Shown piece after piece: positions 28,116 through 38,751 of a stretch of 64,000 nt of DNA. Each line of letters opens with the position of its first letter. Position 1 is the first letter of the stretch. Source of the stretch: Pseudomonadota bacterium (GTDB lineage: Bacteria; Myxococcota; JACRCW01; JAFGSX01); assembly GCA_043821645.1 (NCBI GenBank), contig JBDRCO010000111.1, forward strand, positions 1 through 64,000, given 5' to 3'. The translations under genes and the position numbers were made by a program. A model generated the notes under the pieces. It saw only the letters and a list, made by a program, of their open reading frames with translations. It was not told the DNA's origin and did no database searches.

Positions 28116-31100
28116 AAGACACACCGTCGTCGCAGGTCTGCTCGGTGCTTCACTGTTCCTCGGCGCACTTCAGGCCTGCCAGTGTCAGCCCGAGCTTGCA
28201 ACCTGCGCCGCGGCCAGCTGCCCCTGCATCGTGCAAGCGGACTGCCCCGCGAACTTCGACTGCATCGACGACGTGTGCGTGCTGCACCGGGATCTCCCCG
28301 ATGCCGCGGTGGAGGATGCGGCCGCTCTCAAGGGTTTTGGAGAGCTGTGCGAGCACAACGCCGAGTGTGAGAGCGGTTTCTGCGTCGCGGACACGCGCGG
28401 TGCTTTCTGCACCGTGCGCTGCCAGGCAGGCTGTCCGGTAGGCTGGGTGTGCCGGCTGGTGCCGGATCCGCGGGGCGAACCCGAGCCCGTGGGCCTGTGC
28501 CTGTACGATCGCGCCTTGCTGTGCCAGCCCTGCGTCGACGATGTGAGCTGCGATCCCGCGGGTGGTGATCGCTGCCTGGCCGATGGGGCACTGCAGAGCT
28601 GCGGCCGCGACTGCACCTTCGAGGACTGTCCCGGGGGCTATCGCTGCATCGACACCGAGGGACCGACTGTGGGTCGCCAGTGCTGGCCCGAGAGCGAGAC
28701 CTGCGCCTGCACGGTCGCCAGCGAGGGCCTGACGCGATCCTGCGTTGCCAGCAACGATGTCGGGACCTGCGCCGGGCAGGAGCTGTGCGAGGCTGGCGCG
28801 TGGAGTGCGTGCTCGGCGCGAACACCAGCCCTGGAGGACTGCAACGGACTCGACGACGACTGCAATGTCCGCGTCGACGAGGGGCAGTTCGATCGGGCCT
28901 GCGAGCGCAGCGCTGGTGGGTGGACCTGTGCCGGTACCGAGCGCTGCGGCGGCAGCAACGGCTGGCAGTGCGACGCGCCAGAACCCGTGCCCGAGCTCTG
29001 TGACGGTCTCGACAACAACTGCAACGCTGCGGTCGACGAGGATTTCGTCGATCTGCAGGGCCGCTACATCACGCCCGAGCACTGCGGTGGCTGCGGTGTG
29101 GTGTGCCAGGACATCGTGCCCCATGCCGTCGCCACGGACTGCCGTGTCGTCGAGGACAGGGCACGCTGTGTGGCCACGAGCTGCGAGAGCGGTTTCTTCG
29201 TGTACGACGCCGGGGTCGGGGCGACGCTGTGCATGGCGCTGCCCGACAACCTGTGCGACGCCTGCGCAGTGGATGGTGACTGTCTGGCGCCGGGTTCACG
29301 CTGTCTGGAGACCGAGGACGGTCGATTCTGTGGCCGCGACTGCGCGGCGGGCTCGGTCTATGGCACCAGCTGTCCGCTCGGCTACGCCTGTGTCACCGAG
29401 GCCACCGGGGCGCAGTGTCGGCCTGGCACCCAGAGCTGCCTGTGCAACGTCGATCGGGTGGGGACCATCCGCGCCTGCACCGTCGATGTGTGCACCGGGT
29501 ACGAGACCTGTGGCGACCAGGGCGCGGGACCGGCCTGGAGTTCCTGCGACATCAGCTCGGCGCAGGAGATCTGCGATGCCCTCGACAACGACTGCGACGA
29601 TGAGATCGACGAGGGCTTCCTGAACCCCGTCAGCGGGCGCTACGACGCGGATCAGCACTGTGGCTTCTGCAACAACGACTGCACCGCGATCTGGGCTCCC
29701 GAGATCCACCATGCCGAGGGCGACTGCGACGCCAGCGGCGCGGCCATGCCGAGCTGCCGCTTGAGCTGCCTGGACGAGACCGTGGATGGCGTGCTGTACC
29801 AATGGGTCGACGTCAATGCGGACCCCATGGATGGTTGCGAGTGCCGCCGCGTGGCCGGCAACCTGGACCAGGACGTGCCTGACCGGGGCGCGTTCCCACA
29901 ACCCTGGGCCGACTACGTCGACGAGAATTGCGATGGCGTCGACGGCGTCATCGCGCATTCCCTGTTCGTGTCGGCCCTGGGCAGCGCCACCGGGACCGGC
30001 AGCCTCGCCAATCCCTTTGCGACCCTTGGTGCGGCTCTGGCCGCCCTGCCGGCCTCGGGCAAGCGCTATCTTCTGGTTGCCGAGGGCGTGTACCCCGAGG
30101 ACCTGGAACTGCGCGACGGAGACAAGCTGTTTGGCGGCTATGCCTCGGACTTCCTGAGCCGCGACGTGTTGCTGCACAGCACCGTGATCCAGGGCGTGGC
30201 CCCGGTGGATGTCGATGCGCCGGCCACGATCAACGCCAGCGACCTCGGCCGGTCCGCGGCCGAGACCATCGTCAGCGGCTTCACCATCCAGGGTCGTGAC
30301 ATCGAGGGTGCCACCGCGGACAACGCCCATGGTGCAGCCAGCGTGGCCGTCTACCTCAGCGAGGTCGGACCCGGGCTGGTGTTGCAGAACAACGTGATAC
30401 GCGGTGGTCGTGGTGGGCCCGGAGGGCGCGGCTCCACCGGAGCCGTTGGTTACGGGCGGCAGAACAGCACCGCGCTCGACGGCACGGACGGTCTGGCACA
30501 GGTGAGGCAAAACGGAGTGTGTCCCGTCGGCCTGTGGCGCGAGGGTGGTGCCGGCGGTGCCAACCTGCGCTGCCCGGCGAGCAACGCGCACCGTGGCGGC
30601 GGTGTGCGCTGTCCGACCTTCGACTGGGCGAGCACGCCCTACCAGGGCGCGCATGCGGAGTACGCGACGCCCACCGGCAATGACGGCGAGGGTGGGTTCG
30701 ACTGGAGCTTCGATCCCTGGAGCAACCAGGACGGGCGCTACTGCGGTCACGTCACCGAGAGCGGCTGGCCCGATCCGCAGCGCAACGTTGGCAACGATGG
30801 TCGCGACGGCGCCGACGGTGCTCCGGGCACCGGCGGGCTTGGTGGTCGCGGACGCTACGGTTCCGTGAGCAACGGCGTCTGGGTGCGAGCCCCCGCTGGC
30901 GCGACCGTCGGCAGCGCGGGCACGGCCGCTGCGGCCGGCGGTGGTGGAGGAGCGGGAGGCGGCACAGCGCGATGGTACACCGGCGCAGACACCTGTCCCG
31001 AGCACGAGCAGGGGGCCACGGGCGGAGGTGGTGGCGCGGGTGGTTGCGGCGGCGCGGGCGGTTCCGCAGGCGGGGCAGGGGGCGCCTCGATCGCGGTCCT

Positions 31101-31593
31101 GATCGTGCGCAGCAGCGTCAGCAGCAGCGTGGGGCTCCCCTCCCTCGTCGACAATCGCATCGAGCGCGGCGCTGGTGGCGATGGCGGCACGGGCGGCTAC
31201 GGGGGGCCAGGCGGGCAGGGCGGACGCGGCGGCTTCGGTGGCCCACCCTCGACCTGGGTCGGCAGTACCGGCGGAAAGGGCGGCGACGGCGGCAACGGCG
31301 GACCTGGCGCTGGCGGCGGTGGCGGCAGCGGAGGCGCGTCGTATGGTGTGCTCGGCTTCAATACCCCGGGTGCGACATTCGGGGAGGACAATACCTATCT
31401 CGTCGACGACAGCGTGGAGACCGGTGGGGCCGGAGGCGTCGGCGGAGGTGCCGCAGCCAGCAGTGCTCTGGGTGGCGCAGGCTTGCCCGGAGCCTCGGGC
31501 AACGTGGTCCTGCTCAGCGCCTGCGGCGCCGGGGGGAGCTGTCCTGTGGGTTCATCCTGCGATGCCAACAGCGTGTGCGTGCCAGGTCCCTGA
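28105..31593 (+). CDS. Paralogous giant Cys-rich / beta-helix / Gly-rich lipoprotein
   Basis: LQAC lipobox; same ordered motifs as the upstream gene; start overlaps the upstream stop. Confidence 0.85.
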   Translation: MRTERHTVVAGLLGASLFLGALQACQCQPELATCAAASCPCIVQADCPANFDCIDDVCVLHRDLPDAAVEDAAALKGFGELCEHNAECESGFCVADTRGAFCTVRCQAGCPVGWVCRLVPDPRGEPEPVGLCLYDRALLCQPCVDDVSCDPAGGDRCLADGALQSCGRDCTFEDCPGGYRCIDTEGPTVGRQCWPESETCACTVASEGLTRSCVASNDVGTCAGQELCEAGAWSACSARTPALEDCNGLDDDCNVRVDEGQFDRACERSAGGWTCAGTERCGGSNGWQCDAPEPVPELCDGLDNNCNAAVDEDFVDLQGRYITPEHCGGCGVVCQDIVPHAVATDCRVVEDRARCVATSCESGFFVYDAGVGATLCMALPDNLCDACAVDGDCLAPGSRCLETEDGRFCGRDCAAGSVYGTSCPLGYACVTEATGAQCRPGTQSCLCNVDRVGTIRACTVDVCTGYETCGDQGAGPAWSSCDISSAQEICDALDNDCDDEIDEGFLNPVSGRYDADQHCGFCNNDCTAIWAPEIHHAEGDCDASGAAMPSCRLSCLDETVDGVLYQWVDVNADPMDGCECRRVAGNLDQDVPDRGAFPQPWADYVDENCDGVDGVIAHSLFVSALGSATGTGSLANPFATLGAALAALPASGKRYLLVAEGVYPEDLELRDGDKLFGGYASDFLSRDVLLHSTVIQGVAPVDVDAPATINASDLGRSAAETIVSGFTIQGRDIEGATADNAHGAASVAVYLSEVGPGLVLQNNVIRGGRGGPGGRGSTGAVGYGRQNSTALDGTDGLAQVRQNGVCPVGLWREGGAGGANLRCPASNAHRGGGVRCPTFDWASTPYQGAHAEYATPTGNDGEGGFDWSFDPWSNQDGRYCGHVTESGWPDPQRNVGNDGRDGADGAPGTGGLGGRGRYGSVSNGVWVRAPAGATVGSAGTAAAAGGGGGAGGGTARWYTGADTCPEHEQGATGGGGGAGGCGGAGGSAGGAGGASIAVLIVRSSVSSSVGLPSLVDNRIERGAGGDGGTGGYGGPGGQGGRGGFGGPPSTWVGSTGGKGGDGGNGGPGAGGGGGSGGASYGVLGFNTPGATFGEDNTYLVDDSVETGGAGGVGGGAAASSALGGAGLPGASGNVVLLSACGAGGSCPVGSSCDANSVCVPGP

Positions 31594-31638
31594 GCTCGAC
31601 CGGCTTCTCTATCACTGCATGCGGGCCTCGTTCGACGC

Positions 31639-33246
31639 TCAGGGCAGGTCGGCCAGGCGTATCCGGAACGACACCAGGTGCCCGTCCGTTTCGCGCACGC
31701 CGAGCGCGAAGCTCGTGACCAGGCCTTCGAACACCCGGACCTCCTTGAGAGTGTGACTGGTCGCTTGCACGGGGAGCTCCGGGCCCATCTCGGTTGGTAC
31801 GGTGCCGAGGCGGCGCCCGAACACGGCGCGGGGCGAGCTGAAGCGGTCGTCGAGCCACAGCGCACCGAAACTTGTGTTCAGTGCTGCCAGCGACGGATAG
31901 AGGCGACGGACACAGGCCGTGCACAGTTCGAAGTTCTCCGTGGCGGTCGAGCCGAGGATGCTTCCGTCCTGGCCGATGTACTGGCCGACCATCCCGGTCG
32001 GGCTGTCGCCGGTGATCATCAGGTAGCGGTCGCCGCTGTAGGCCACCTGGGGTGTCAGCTGCGCGCCGGGGCGCAGACTCAGCGAGAGCACGAAGCCGGT
32101 GAGCGTTCCGGAGGCCGAGACCAGCGCCCCTCCCACGTTGCCAGGATCGGCGGTGGTCGAGAAGTCGGAGCCAAAGACGGTGAAGAAGCCGGTGCCATCC
32201 GAGGCTGCGTCGGGTTGATACACGCGGGCGGCGCTGTCGGGGGGCGAGTACAGATCGACGGGCGAGGTCATGCTGCCGTTGGACTGGATGACCCGACCTT
32301 GAAGGATGCTGCCACCGGCAGAGGTGGCCTTGCTCCACACCACCAGGAACTCGGCGCCGTTGGAGGCAACAGCGGGCGTTGCCAGCACCAGGGTGGAGGT
32401 GGCGATGACAAGGGCGCTGCCCGTGAGGGTGCCGTTGAGCGCGACCCACTGCCCGTAGATGTGGTGGGTGGTGTTCTGGCCGCTGGTCACGCTCTCTGAC
32501 CAGACGGCCAGGTAGCGACTGCCATCGGTGGCGACGTCGGGATCGTACGCCATGTGGGTGCTGTCCGGCGCCCGGTTGACGTTGAACTCCTGCGCCATCG
32601 GCTGGCCATTGCCATCGAGCCGACGGCCGAACACCGCGGGCTGTGCCATGTAGTAGTGCTGGTACACCGCAAGGTGGCCGCCGGACCCACCCGCAGCCTC
32701 GACGCTCCAGGTATTGCTGGCAGCGACCTCGAGCTCGGCGGGCGCCACCTCGTCCTCGCCGTCGCAGTCCTGGTCCGTCGAGTCGAAGGGAATCTCGATG
32801 GCGCCGGGATGGACCGTGCTATCCCTGTCGTCGCAATCGCCCTGGGCCACAGTGTAGCCGTCCTGGTCTTCATCCTCGACGGCAGCATCCGGACTGGTGC
32901 TTCCGCTGTCCTGACCTGCGTTGCCGCTGTCCTGATCTGTGCTGCTGCTGTCGGGGTCGCCGATCCCGCCATCGCGATCGAGGGTGCTCGAGTCCAGGTT
33001 CACCACCGAACCGTCTTGGTTCGTCGCACAGACGAGGTCAGATCCATCGCAGTCCTGATCGACACCGTCCTCGCAGATCTCGACGGCACCAGGGTGGACG
33101 CGCGCATCCGTGTCGTCACAGTCGACGGTGGTCGTGTAGCCATCGCGGTCCGCATCTTGGTTCTGGGCTCCGACAGGTTCGCACGCCGCAACAAGAAGCC
33201 AGGTCATGGCGACCGCAGCTCCGATTTCAGGACAGGTCCTCGGCAT
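31639..33246 (-). CDS. Lipoprotein with two MopE-related metal-binding motifs and beta-propeller-like repeats
   Basis: VAAC; D.D.DGY...DCDD.D..VHPGA.EI..D..DQDCDG.D twice; repeats DVATDGSRYLAVW, AVASNGAEFLVVW, QVAYSGDRYL; AAGGAG RBS. Confidence 0.8.
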   Translation of the reverse strand: MPRTCPEIGAAVAMTWLLVAACEPVGAQNQDADRDGYTTTVDCDDTDARVHPGAVEICEDGVDQDCDGSDLVCATNQDGSVVNLDSSTLDRDGGIGDPDSSSTDQDSGNAGQDSGSTSPDAAVEDEDQDGYTVAQGDCDDRDSTVHPGAIEIPFDSTDQDCDGEDEVAPAELEVAASNTWSVEAAGGSGGHLAVYQHYYMAQPAVFGRRLDGNGQPMAQEFNVNRAPDSTHMAYDPDVATDGSRYLAVWSESVTSGQNTTHHIYGQWVALNGTLTGSALVIATSTLVLATPAVASNGAEFLVVWSKATSAGGSILQGRVIQSNGSMTSPVDLYSPPDSAARVYQPDAASDGTGFFTVFGSDFSTTADPGNVGGALVSASGTLTGFVLSLSLRPGAQLTPQVAYSGDRYLMITGDSPTGMVGQYIGQDGSILGSTATENFELCTACVRRLYPSLAALNTSFGALWLDDRFSSPRAVFGRRLGTVPTEMGPELPVQATSHTLKEVRVFEGLVTSFALGVRETDGHLVSFRIRLADLP

Positions 33247-33485
33247 GGTGAGCTCCTTCTCGTGGGGGCGAGCATAGCAGTTGCCGCCCCTCGGCATGCG
33301 GTGGTGGAGCGTGGCGCGCAGCGGAAGAAATTCCTGGCACCAGAGTGAGGATTACTTTTCCTGGCATGCTCTTGACGCCGTCACGAGAGCAGCGCGAAGC
33401 TCTGCGACACGTTCCGAGAAATCAGCTCCTGTCCCGCGACACTCCGGTCACGGGACCGGCGGCCATCACCAGGGAGGGGGGGGAC

Positions 33486-36167
33486 ATGCCCAGGTCTATC
33501 TATCTCGTTGTGCTCCTGGCTGTACTGGGGGTGAGTGGGTGCGGTGGTTGCGGCCCTGACCCCGAAGTCACCTGCGACTACAGGGGCACGGCCTATCCTG
33601 CGGGCAAGAGTTTCACGGCCGACGACGGCTGCAACCAGTGCATCTGCAGCGAGACCAAGGTCATTCACTGCACCTCGCTGGTCTGTCCGGAGCCCGACGC
33701 GGGAGTGGCGGATTCCGGTCCCGAGGACGGTGGCTTCATCGTCGTGGTCGACTACCCGGGCACCGCCTGCGTGCTCGAGAGCGTGGACGGTGAGGCTCCA
33801 CTCGGGCCCCCCAAGACCGGGCAGCTGCTGATGCTCGGGGACCAGGGCTGGGACCCGCCCACTCCCGATGCCACCATCACGGTAGTGAACTGGAGTGTGC
33901 AGGACGCACCGGTGGGAACCCGCGTGGTGATCGAGGCAGACGGGAGATACCGGCCGGACATGGTGGGCCCCTACGTGCTACGCGCCAGCATCGAGGACGA
34001 CCAGGGAGGTACTGCCGTTCAGAGCTGCACCCTGCAGGTCCTGCCGCCGACGCGGCTCTATGTCGAGCTGGTGTGGAACAACAACGACACCGATGTCGAT
34101 CTGCGCATGACAAAGGCCGACGCGGACGGGAAATTTTGCACTGACCTCTCCCCCGTGCCGGCCGGGTTTGTGTCGCAGAACTGCGACGACAGCCTGGAGT
34201 GCGACTATTCAAACTGCAAGATCAACACCCAGGGCGTCCGACCGGACTGGGATGCTGACCAGGTGAGCGGCAGCGGCGGCGACCCCACCCTGCTGTTCGA
34301 CGTGTTGACTGGCTACGGCCCCGAGGCCATAGGCGTCGACGATCCGGCCCCGGGCAGTTACCTCGTCGTGGGTCACTTCTTCTCCGCCCACGGACGGCTG
34401 GTCCATCAGTCCCGCATCGACCTGCGCGTGTGGGCAGACGGTCAGCTTCGGGGTTCCGCGACCCTCGACCTGGCCGAGAATACCTGGAGGGAGGCTCTGC
34501 GCTTCACCTGGCCCGATGCCGGAGAATCGTTCTGCATCGAGGCGCTCGGGCAGAGCAGCGAGCGCTGCTCCGATCTGCCCTTCTGCACACCAGCCCCGAC
34601 CTGCGGCGAATGTGATACCGACGGCGATTGCGGACCGTCGTCACTGTGCTCGACAAGCCTGTCGCGCTGCCTGCCCCGGGTTCAGGGTTGCGATGGGGCC
34701 GAGGACTGTGCCGGTGTGCTGGAGTGCATCCCGGCCACCCAGGTCTGCACCGAGCCACAGTGCGATGGCGCCACCCTGTTGTGTCCCGACCCGCGCATGG
34801 GTTGTGACGAGGCGCTGCGAGCTTGCGTGTTGCCCCCGCCGGTGTGCGACGAGAGCGATGAGCCCAACAACACGATGGCCAGTGCCACAGCGGTTTCCGG
34901 CTCCACCTTCGACAGCGCGCTGTGCCGTGGCGACGTGGACCTGCTGGCCGTGCAGGGACACGCGAACATGCGCCTCCGGGTGACCGCGACCTTTGCCACG
35001 ACCACGTCCGAGCACTTCAACGGCGATCTGCTCGAGCTCCTGGATGCCAGCGGCAACGTGCTGCACCGGCGGACCTTTGGCTTCGAGCCGGCCGCCCTGG
35101 TGGCGACGGATGTGGCAGCGGACGCCACTTTCTATGTGCGCCTCACCGGCGTGGCCACTGGCACGGACCTGGCGCCCTACCATCTGGAGGTCGCCGAGGT
35201 CGCGGCTTTCAACTGCGCCAGCGAGCTCGGGGAGCCCAACGACACCCTGGAGCAGTCGAGCAACTCCATCCTGGCCGTCGGTACTCATGATCGCGTGCTG
35301 TGTGGGGACCAGGATATCGATCATCACCGGATCGCAATCCCCTTGGACCAGCGTCTCGACCTGACGGTCACCGTGACAGACGGATTTCCTGAAATCGTCA
35401 TGCTGGACGTGAGTGGGTCGGTGCTTCACATGGAACCCCTCGCCCCCGACGGTGTCTGCCACTTCGTTTCCAGTGCCCGCGGGCAGGCGAAGACCGTGAT
35501 CCTGCAGCTGCACGGGGGATTAGGCCCAGATCCCAGCCTGGATCCCGTGCTGGCCTACAACGTCGAGGTGGTCCTGGGACCGGCACCGACCTGCAGTGAA
35601 ATGGGGGAGCCCAACGAGACGCAGCAGCAGGCCACACCACTGACACCGGGGACCCACGTCGGTGTGATGTGTGATCAGGACGACAGGGACGTGTTCGCGC
35701 TGGCTGTTCCCGCAGGAGGAGGCATTGACGTGAGCTTGACCTTTGTCGACACCGAGGGCGACCTGGAGTTGCGCGTGGAGAACGCGGCAGGAACCGTCCT
35801 CGCGAGTTCCGCGACGACGGCAAATACCGAGCACGTGGCTCTCTCAAGTCTCGCTGCGGCCACCTACTACATCGTGGTCTACGCCTACAGCAGCAGCTAT
35901 CCAGCACCTGACGCGCAGCCTTACTCGCTGGCGATCGTGCCCGTGGGGTGGCCGGATGCGGGGCCAGGAGCCGACGCGAGCGCAGAAGATGTGCCCACGA
36001 CAGATGTCGGTACGCCCCTCGACGCCGGGAGTGCAGAGGATTCTTTTGTGGTGCCCGATGCCAGCTCCGCCATGGACAGCTCCTCGGCGCCCGACGCTGG
36101 CACGGTGGACGCCAGTGAGGATGCGAGCCCGGGCGAGGACGTGGCCCCGACCGAGGATGCAGGGTAG
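33486..36167 (+). CDS. Mosaic lipoprotein (VWC/pacifastin-like, PKD-like, YfaP-like, Cys-rich, three PPC-like domains)
   Basis: VSGC; DGCNQCIC...CT..VC; VELVW...DVDL...D...GYGPE; three EPN(N/D/E)T modules; Asp-periodic tail. Confidence 0.8.
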   Translation: MPRSIYLVVLLAVLGVSGCGGCGPDPEVTCDYRGTAYPAGKSFTADDGCNQCICSETKVIHCTSLVCPEPDAGVADSGPEDGGFIVVVDYPGTACVLESVDGEAPLGPPKTGQLLMLGDQGWDPPTPDATITVVNWSVQDAPVGTRVVIEADGRYRPDMVGPYVLRASIEDDQGGTAVQSCTLQVLPPTRLYVELVWNNNDTDVDLRMTKADADGKFCTDLSPVPAGFVSQNCDDSLECDYSNCKINTQGVRPDWDADQVSGSGGDPTLLFDVLTGYGPEAIGVDDPAPGSYLVVGHFFSAHGRLVHQSRIDLRVWADGQLRGSATLDLAENTWREALRFTWPDAGESFCIEALGQSSERCSDLPFCTPAPTCGECDTDGDCGPSSLCSTSLSRCLPRVQGCDGAEDCAGVLECIPATQVCTEPQCDGATLLCPDPRMGCDEALRACVLPPPVCDESDEPNNTMASATAVSGSTFDSALCRGDVDLLAVQGHANMRLRVTATFATTTSEHFNGDLLELLDASGNVLHRRTFGFEPAALVATDVAADATFYVRLTGVATGTDLAPYHLEVAEVAAFNCASELGEPNDTLEQSSNSILAVGTHDRVLCGDQDIDHHRIAIPLDQRLDLTVTVTDGFPEIVMLDVSGSVLHMEPLAPDGVCHFVSSARGQAKTVILQLHGGLGPDPSLDPVLAYNVEVVLGPAPTCSEMGEPNETQQQATPLTPGTHVGVMCDQDDRDVFALAVPAGGGIDVSLTFVDTEGDLELRVENAAGTVLASSATTANTEHVALSSLAAATYYIVVYAYSSSYPAPDAQPYSLAIVPVGWPDAGPGADASAEDVPTTDVGTPLDAGSAEDSFVVPDASSAMDSSSAPDAGTVDASEDASPGEDVAPTEDAG

Positions 36168-36310
36168 CCCGTCATCGCTTCAGCTCGCCCAACCGCCCGG
36201 TCTTGCTCACGCGGGTCCTCCGAGCCCGCCATAACAGCCGTGTCGCCAGATGGGCAGGAACGATCAGAAGCGCGTTCGTCTCCATCGTGGCGAGGATTGC
36301 TGCTACCCCT

Positions 36311-36667
36311 TTACGCCCCGCGCCGCGGCAAGCTCTGACGCTTCTGGCCAGCCATGAACTCGGCATAGCCATCCACCCCCAGTTCGCGGATCTTGAGCAC
36401 GCAGGCCGGGCGATTGGAGTTGAAGACCAGGGCGAATGCCCTGGAGATGAAGTTGTTGAACTTGGAGCACTGTCTAGGATCTGAGAACTTGTTGCACTCG
36501 CCGCACGATCCCAGCTTGTTCTCGGCGCAGCAGGTGCGCACGCCGCACCACGTGGCCTTGTGGTTCTCGCGGCAGCCCGGGCACTTCCCCTTGAGGTAGG
36601 AGCGACAGGCTCCGCAGTACAGGCCGCAGTTGGCCACGAGAGAGCTGCTGGCGATCACGTCCTTCAT
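36311..36667 (-). CDS. DUF3795-like Cys-rich small protein
   Basis: CGLYCGAC, CPGC, CGVRTCC, CGEC; AAGGAG RBS. Confidence 0.8.
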   Translation of the reverse strand: MKDVIASSSLVANCGLYCGACRSYLKGKCPGCRENHKATWCGVRTCCAENKLGSCGECNKFSDPRQCSKFNNFISRAFALVFNSNRPACVLKIRELGVDGYAEFMAGQKRQSLPRRGA

Positions 36668-36748
36668 GTCCGACTCCTTGCGCACCAGATCTCTCAAGAA
36701 CTACCCGTGAACAGTTTCATGAAGCCGCGGCCACGTCAGGCTGGCGCT

Positions 36749-38578
36749 TCAATGGGCGGCCCCTGGGCACCCTTTGTCGTCGGAGGTCGCCGTGGCGTGG
36801 GAGAACCACTCGGTCAGCTCCTGCCGCAGTCGACAGCGCAGGTCGCCGGACGCCAGCCTGCTGTCGCCATCGAGTCTGCCGAGCAGGCTGTGCGTGCTCG
36901 TGACCTCACTGGACCGCCGGAGGCCTCCACCAGCGGGCGTATCGAGCACCATGAACCCGGGTCCTGTAGATCCTGGCGGGAGCCAGGGCTCCCAGGTCGG
37001 CAGATCGCCCCCGCGCCCGCTGCCTGGATCGCCGTCGCTGGCAAAGGCGCTCCAGTACGACATCATCTGGGCACTGAGCAGGCGCCGACCGGGCCAGCTC
37101 TCGGGTCCATAGATCATCTCGGTGCCCTGGCCCATGAACCAGCGACCATGCACGAAGGGGATCTCCAGGGCGTGGGCCGCGCCGAGCATGGAGCCGAGGT
37201 CGACGCTTTGGTTCGGTTCCTCGTCCCAGTCGAAGCGGTAGACGAAGACCCGGGGCCAGCCTGCGTCCATCATGCGCTGTGCAATCTCATCGGCACCCTG
37301 GGCCTTCCACTGGGCGCTGAGGTACTCCGCCCGCAGCTGGTACTCGGCGGGGTCACGAAGCACGGGTACCACGCCGAACAGCCAGGAGACCTGCTCCGGG
37401 TCAAAGAACTGAAACAGCTTGGTCTCGTCTCTGTTGGTACCCAGCATCACGGGCACCTGGTGAAAGCAGCCGGACCTGGCGAAGCACTCGGCCAGGGGCA
37501 ACTCGGGCAGCACGACGCCGTCGCGGAACAGGATGGGCAAGAAGTACATGCCCAGGACAAGACGCTCGCGATATGGCGCCAGCATCTGCTCCGGGCTCTT
37601 GCCGCGCAGGTATGTGGCTATCTCCTGGGCACTCATGGTGCCGAGGTGGGCACGTGCGCTGATCCTGTCACTCGCCAATCCGTCGAGCACGAGCAAGCGC
37701 AGCAGGACTTCCGTCGAGCTCTTGGCATGGCCCGAAGCGCGGACCTCGTCGACGAGGTTCTCGGCCTCTGCCGTGCTGGCGCCCCCGACGATGCCGCTCT
37801 GGACGATGGCGTGCTGGAACAGACCCCTGCTCAGAGGCGATGCGAGCAGGGCCAGCACATTTTGGCCGCCTGCAGATTCGCCGAAGATGGTCACGTTGCC
37901 AGGCTCGCCACCAAAGGCCGCGATGTTGTCGCGTACCCAGCGCAGTGCCTGCACCAGATCCAGCAGCGCGAAGTTGCCCGAATTATCGACAGCACTGGAG
38001 CTGTCGTCGCGCAGAGCCGGGTGGCGAAACCAGCCCAGCACGCCGAGCCTGTAGTTGACGGTGACCACCACCACACCCTGGCTCGCCGCCAGCATGTCGG
38101 GTCTGTAGAAGCCTCCGTGGCCCATGGTGTTGCCGCCGCCATGTACCCAAAGCATCACGGGCAATCCACGGCCGGGCCTGGCCGGAAGGTCTCGCTGTGC
38201 CAGCGCCGGTGCGTGAATGTTGAGATAGAGGCAATCCTCGTCGCCGGTGACGCTCCCTGGTGGCCCTGGCTCATCGGCCCCCAGCAAGCTGCTGAACTGC
38301 GGGCAGGCCGCGCTGATCTGCAGGGCTGGCCGGATTTCTGTCCAGGCTGGCGCCGGTCGAGGCGCGCGCCAGCGCAGCGGGCCCACGGGCGCGGCGGCGT
38401 AGGGGATGCCCAGCCAGGAGTGACTTCCCTGCGAGGTCTCGAAACCGAGCACGGGCCCGGCTGCGGGGAGGCGGAGGGTTTCCCTGGCGGCCTCCGGCAG
38501 CGCAACCGGATGCGAGCCTGTGCACGAGAGCACGATGACGGCCGGCAAGAGCACGGCAGGACGCGTCGTCCATCTCAT
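36749..38578 (-). CDS. Type-B carboxylesterase/lipase, probable lipoprotein
   Basis: GIPYA.APVG.LRW, EDCLYLN, HGGG, GESAGG, GTNRDE, GAAHALE; VLSC. Confidence 0.93.
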   Translation of the reverse strand: MRWTTRPAVLLPAVIVLSCTGSHPVALPEAARETLRLPAAGPVLGFETSQGSHSWLGIPYAAAPVGPLRWRAPRPAPAWTEIRPALQISAACPQFSSLLGADEPGPPGSVTGDEDCLYLNIHAPALAQRDLPARPGRGLPVMLWVHGGGNTMGHGGFYRPDMLAASQGVVVVTVNYRLGVLGWFRHPALRDDSSSAVDNSGNFALLDLVQALRWVRDNIAAFGGEPGNVTIFGESAGGQNVLALLASPLSRGLFQHAIVQSGIVGGASTAEAENLVDEVRASGHAKSSTEVLLRLLVLDGLASDRISARAHLGTMSAQEIATYLRGKSPEQMLAPYRERLVLGMYFLPILFRDGVVLPELPLAECFARSGCFHQVPVMLGTNRDETKLFQFFDPEQVSWLFGVVPVLRDPAEYQLRAEYLSAQWKAQGADEIAQRMMDAGWPRVFVYRFDWDEEPNQSVDLGSMLGAAHALEIPFVHGRWFMGQGTEMIYGPESWPGRRLLSAQMMSYWSAFASDGDPGSGRGGDLPTWEPWLPPGSTGPGFMVLDTPAGGGLRRSSEVTSTHSLLGRLDGDSRLASGDLRCRLRQELTEWFSHATATSDDKGCPGAAH

Positions 38579-38751
38579 GTCATGGCCTCGACTCTTTCTT
38601 TCTCCATGGCGACCGGGCGACAGGAGTGGTGCCATCATAGAGCGGGGCAGGGACCCGGGTGAAGGTTCAGCTGGCCGGCGACTGTGGAAAAGCGCGATCG
38701 ACGGCATCGCGCGGGAGTACAATCACCGGCAGCGTCACGACGAGGGGACCC

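Noticed and set aside
24444-31593. Mycobacterial PE-PGRS or collagen proteins
   Set aside because: No PE domain and no sustained G-X-Y triplet; only the Gly-rich composition is shared.
24444-36167. TraA/TraB kin-recognition locus
   Set aside because: No MYXO-CTERM tail and no adjacent OmpA-domain beta-barrel gene recognised.
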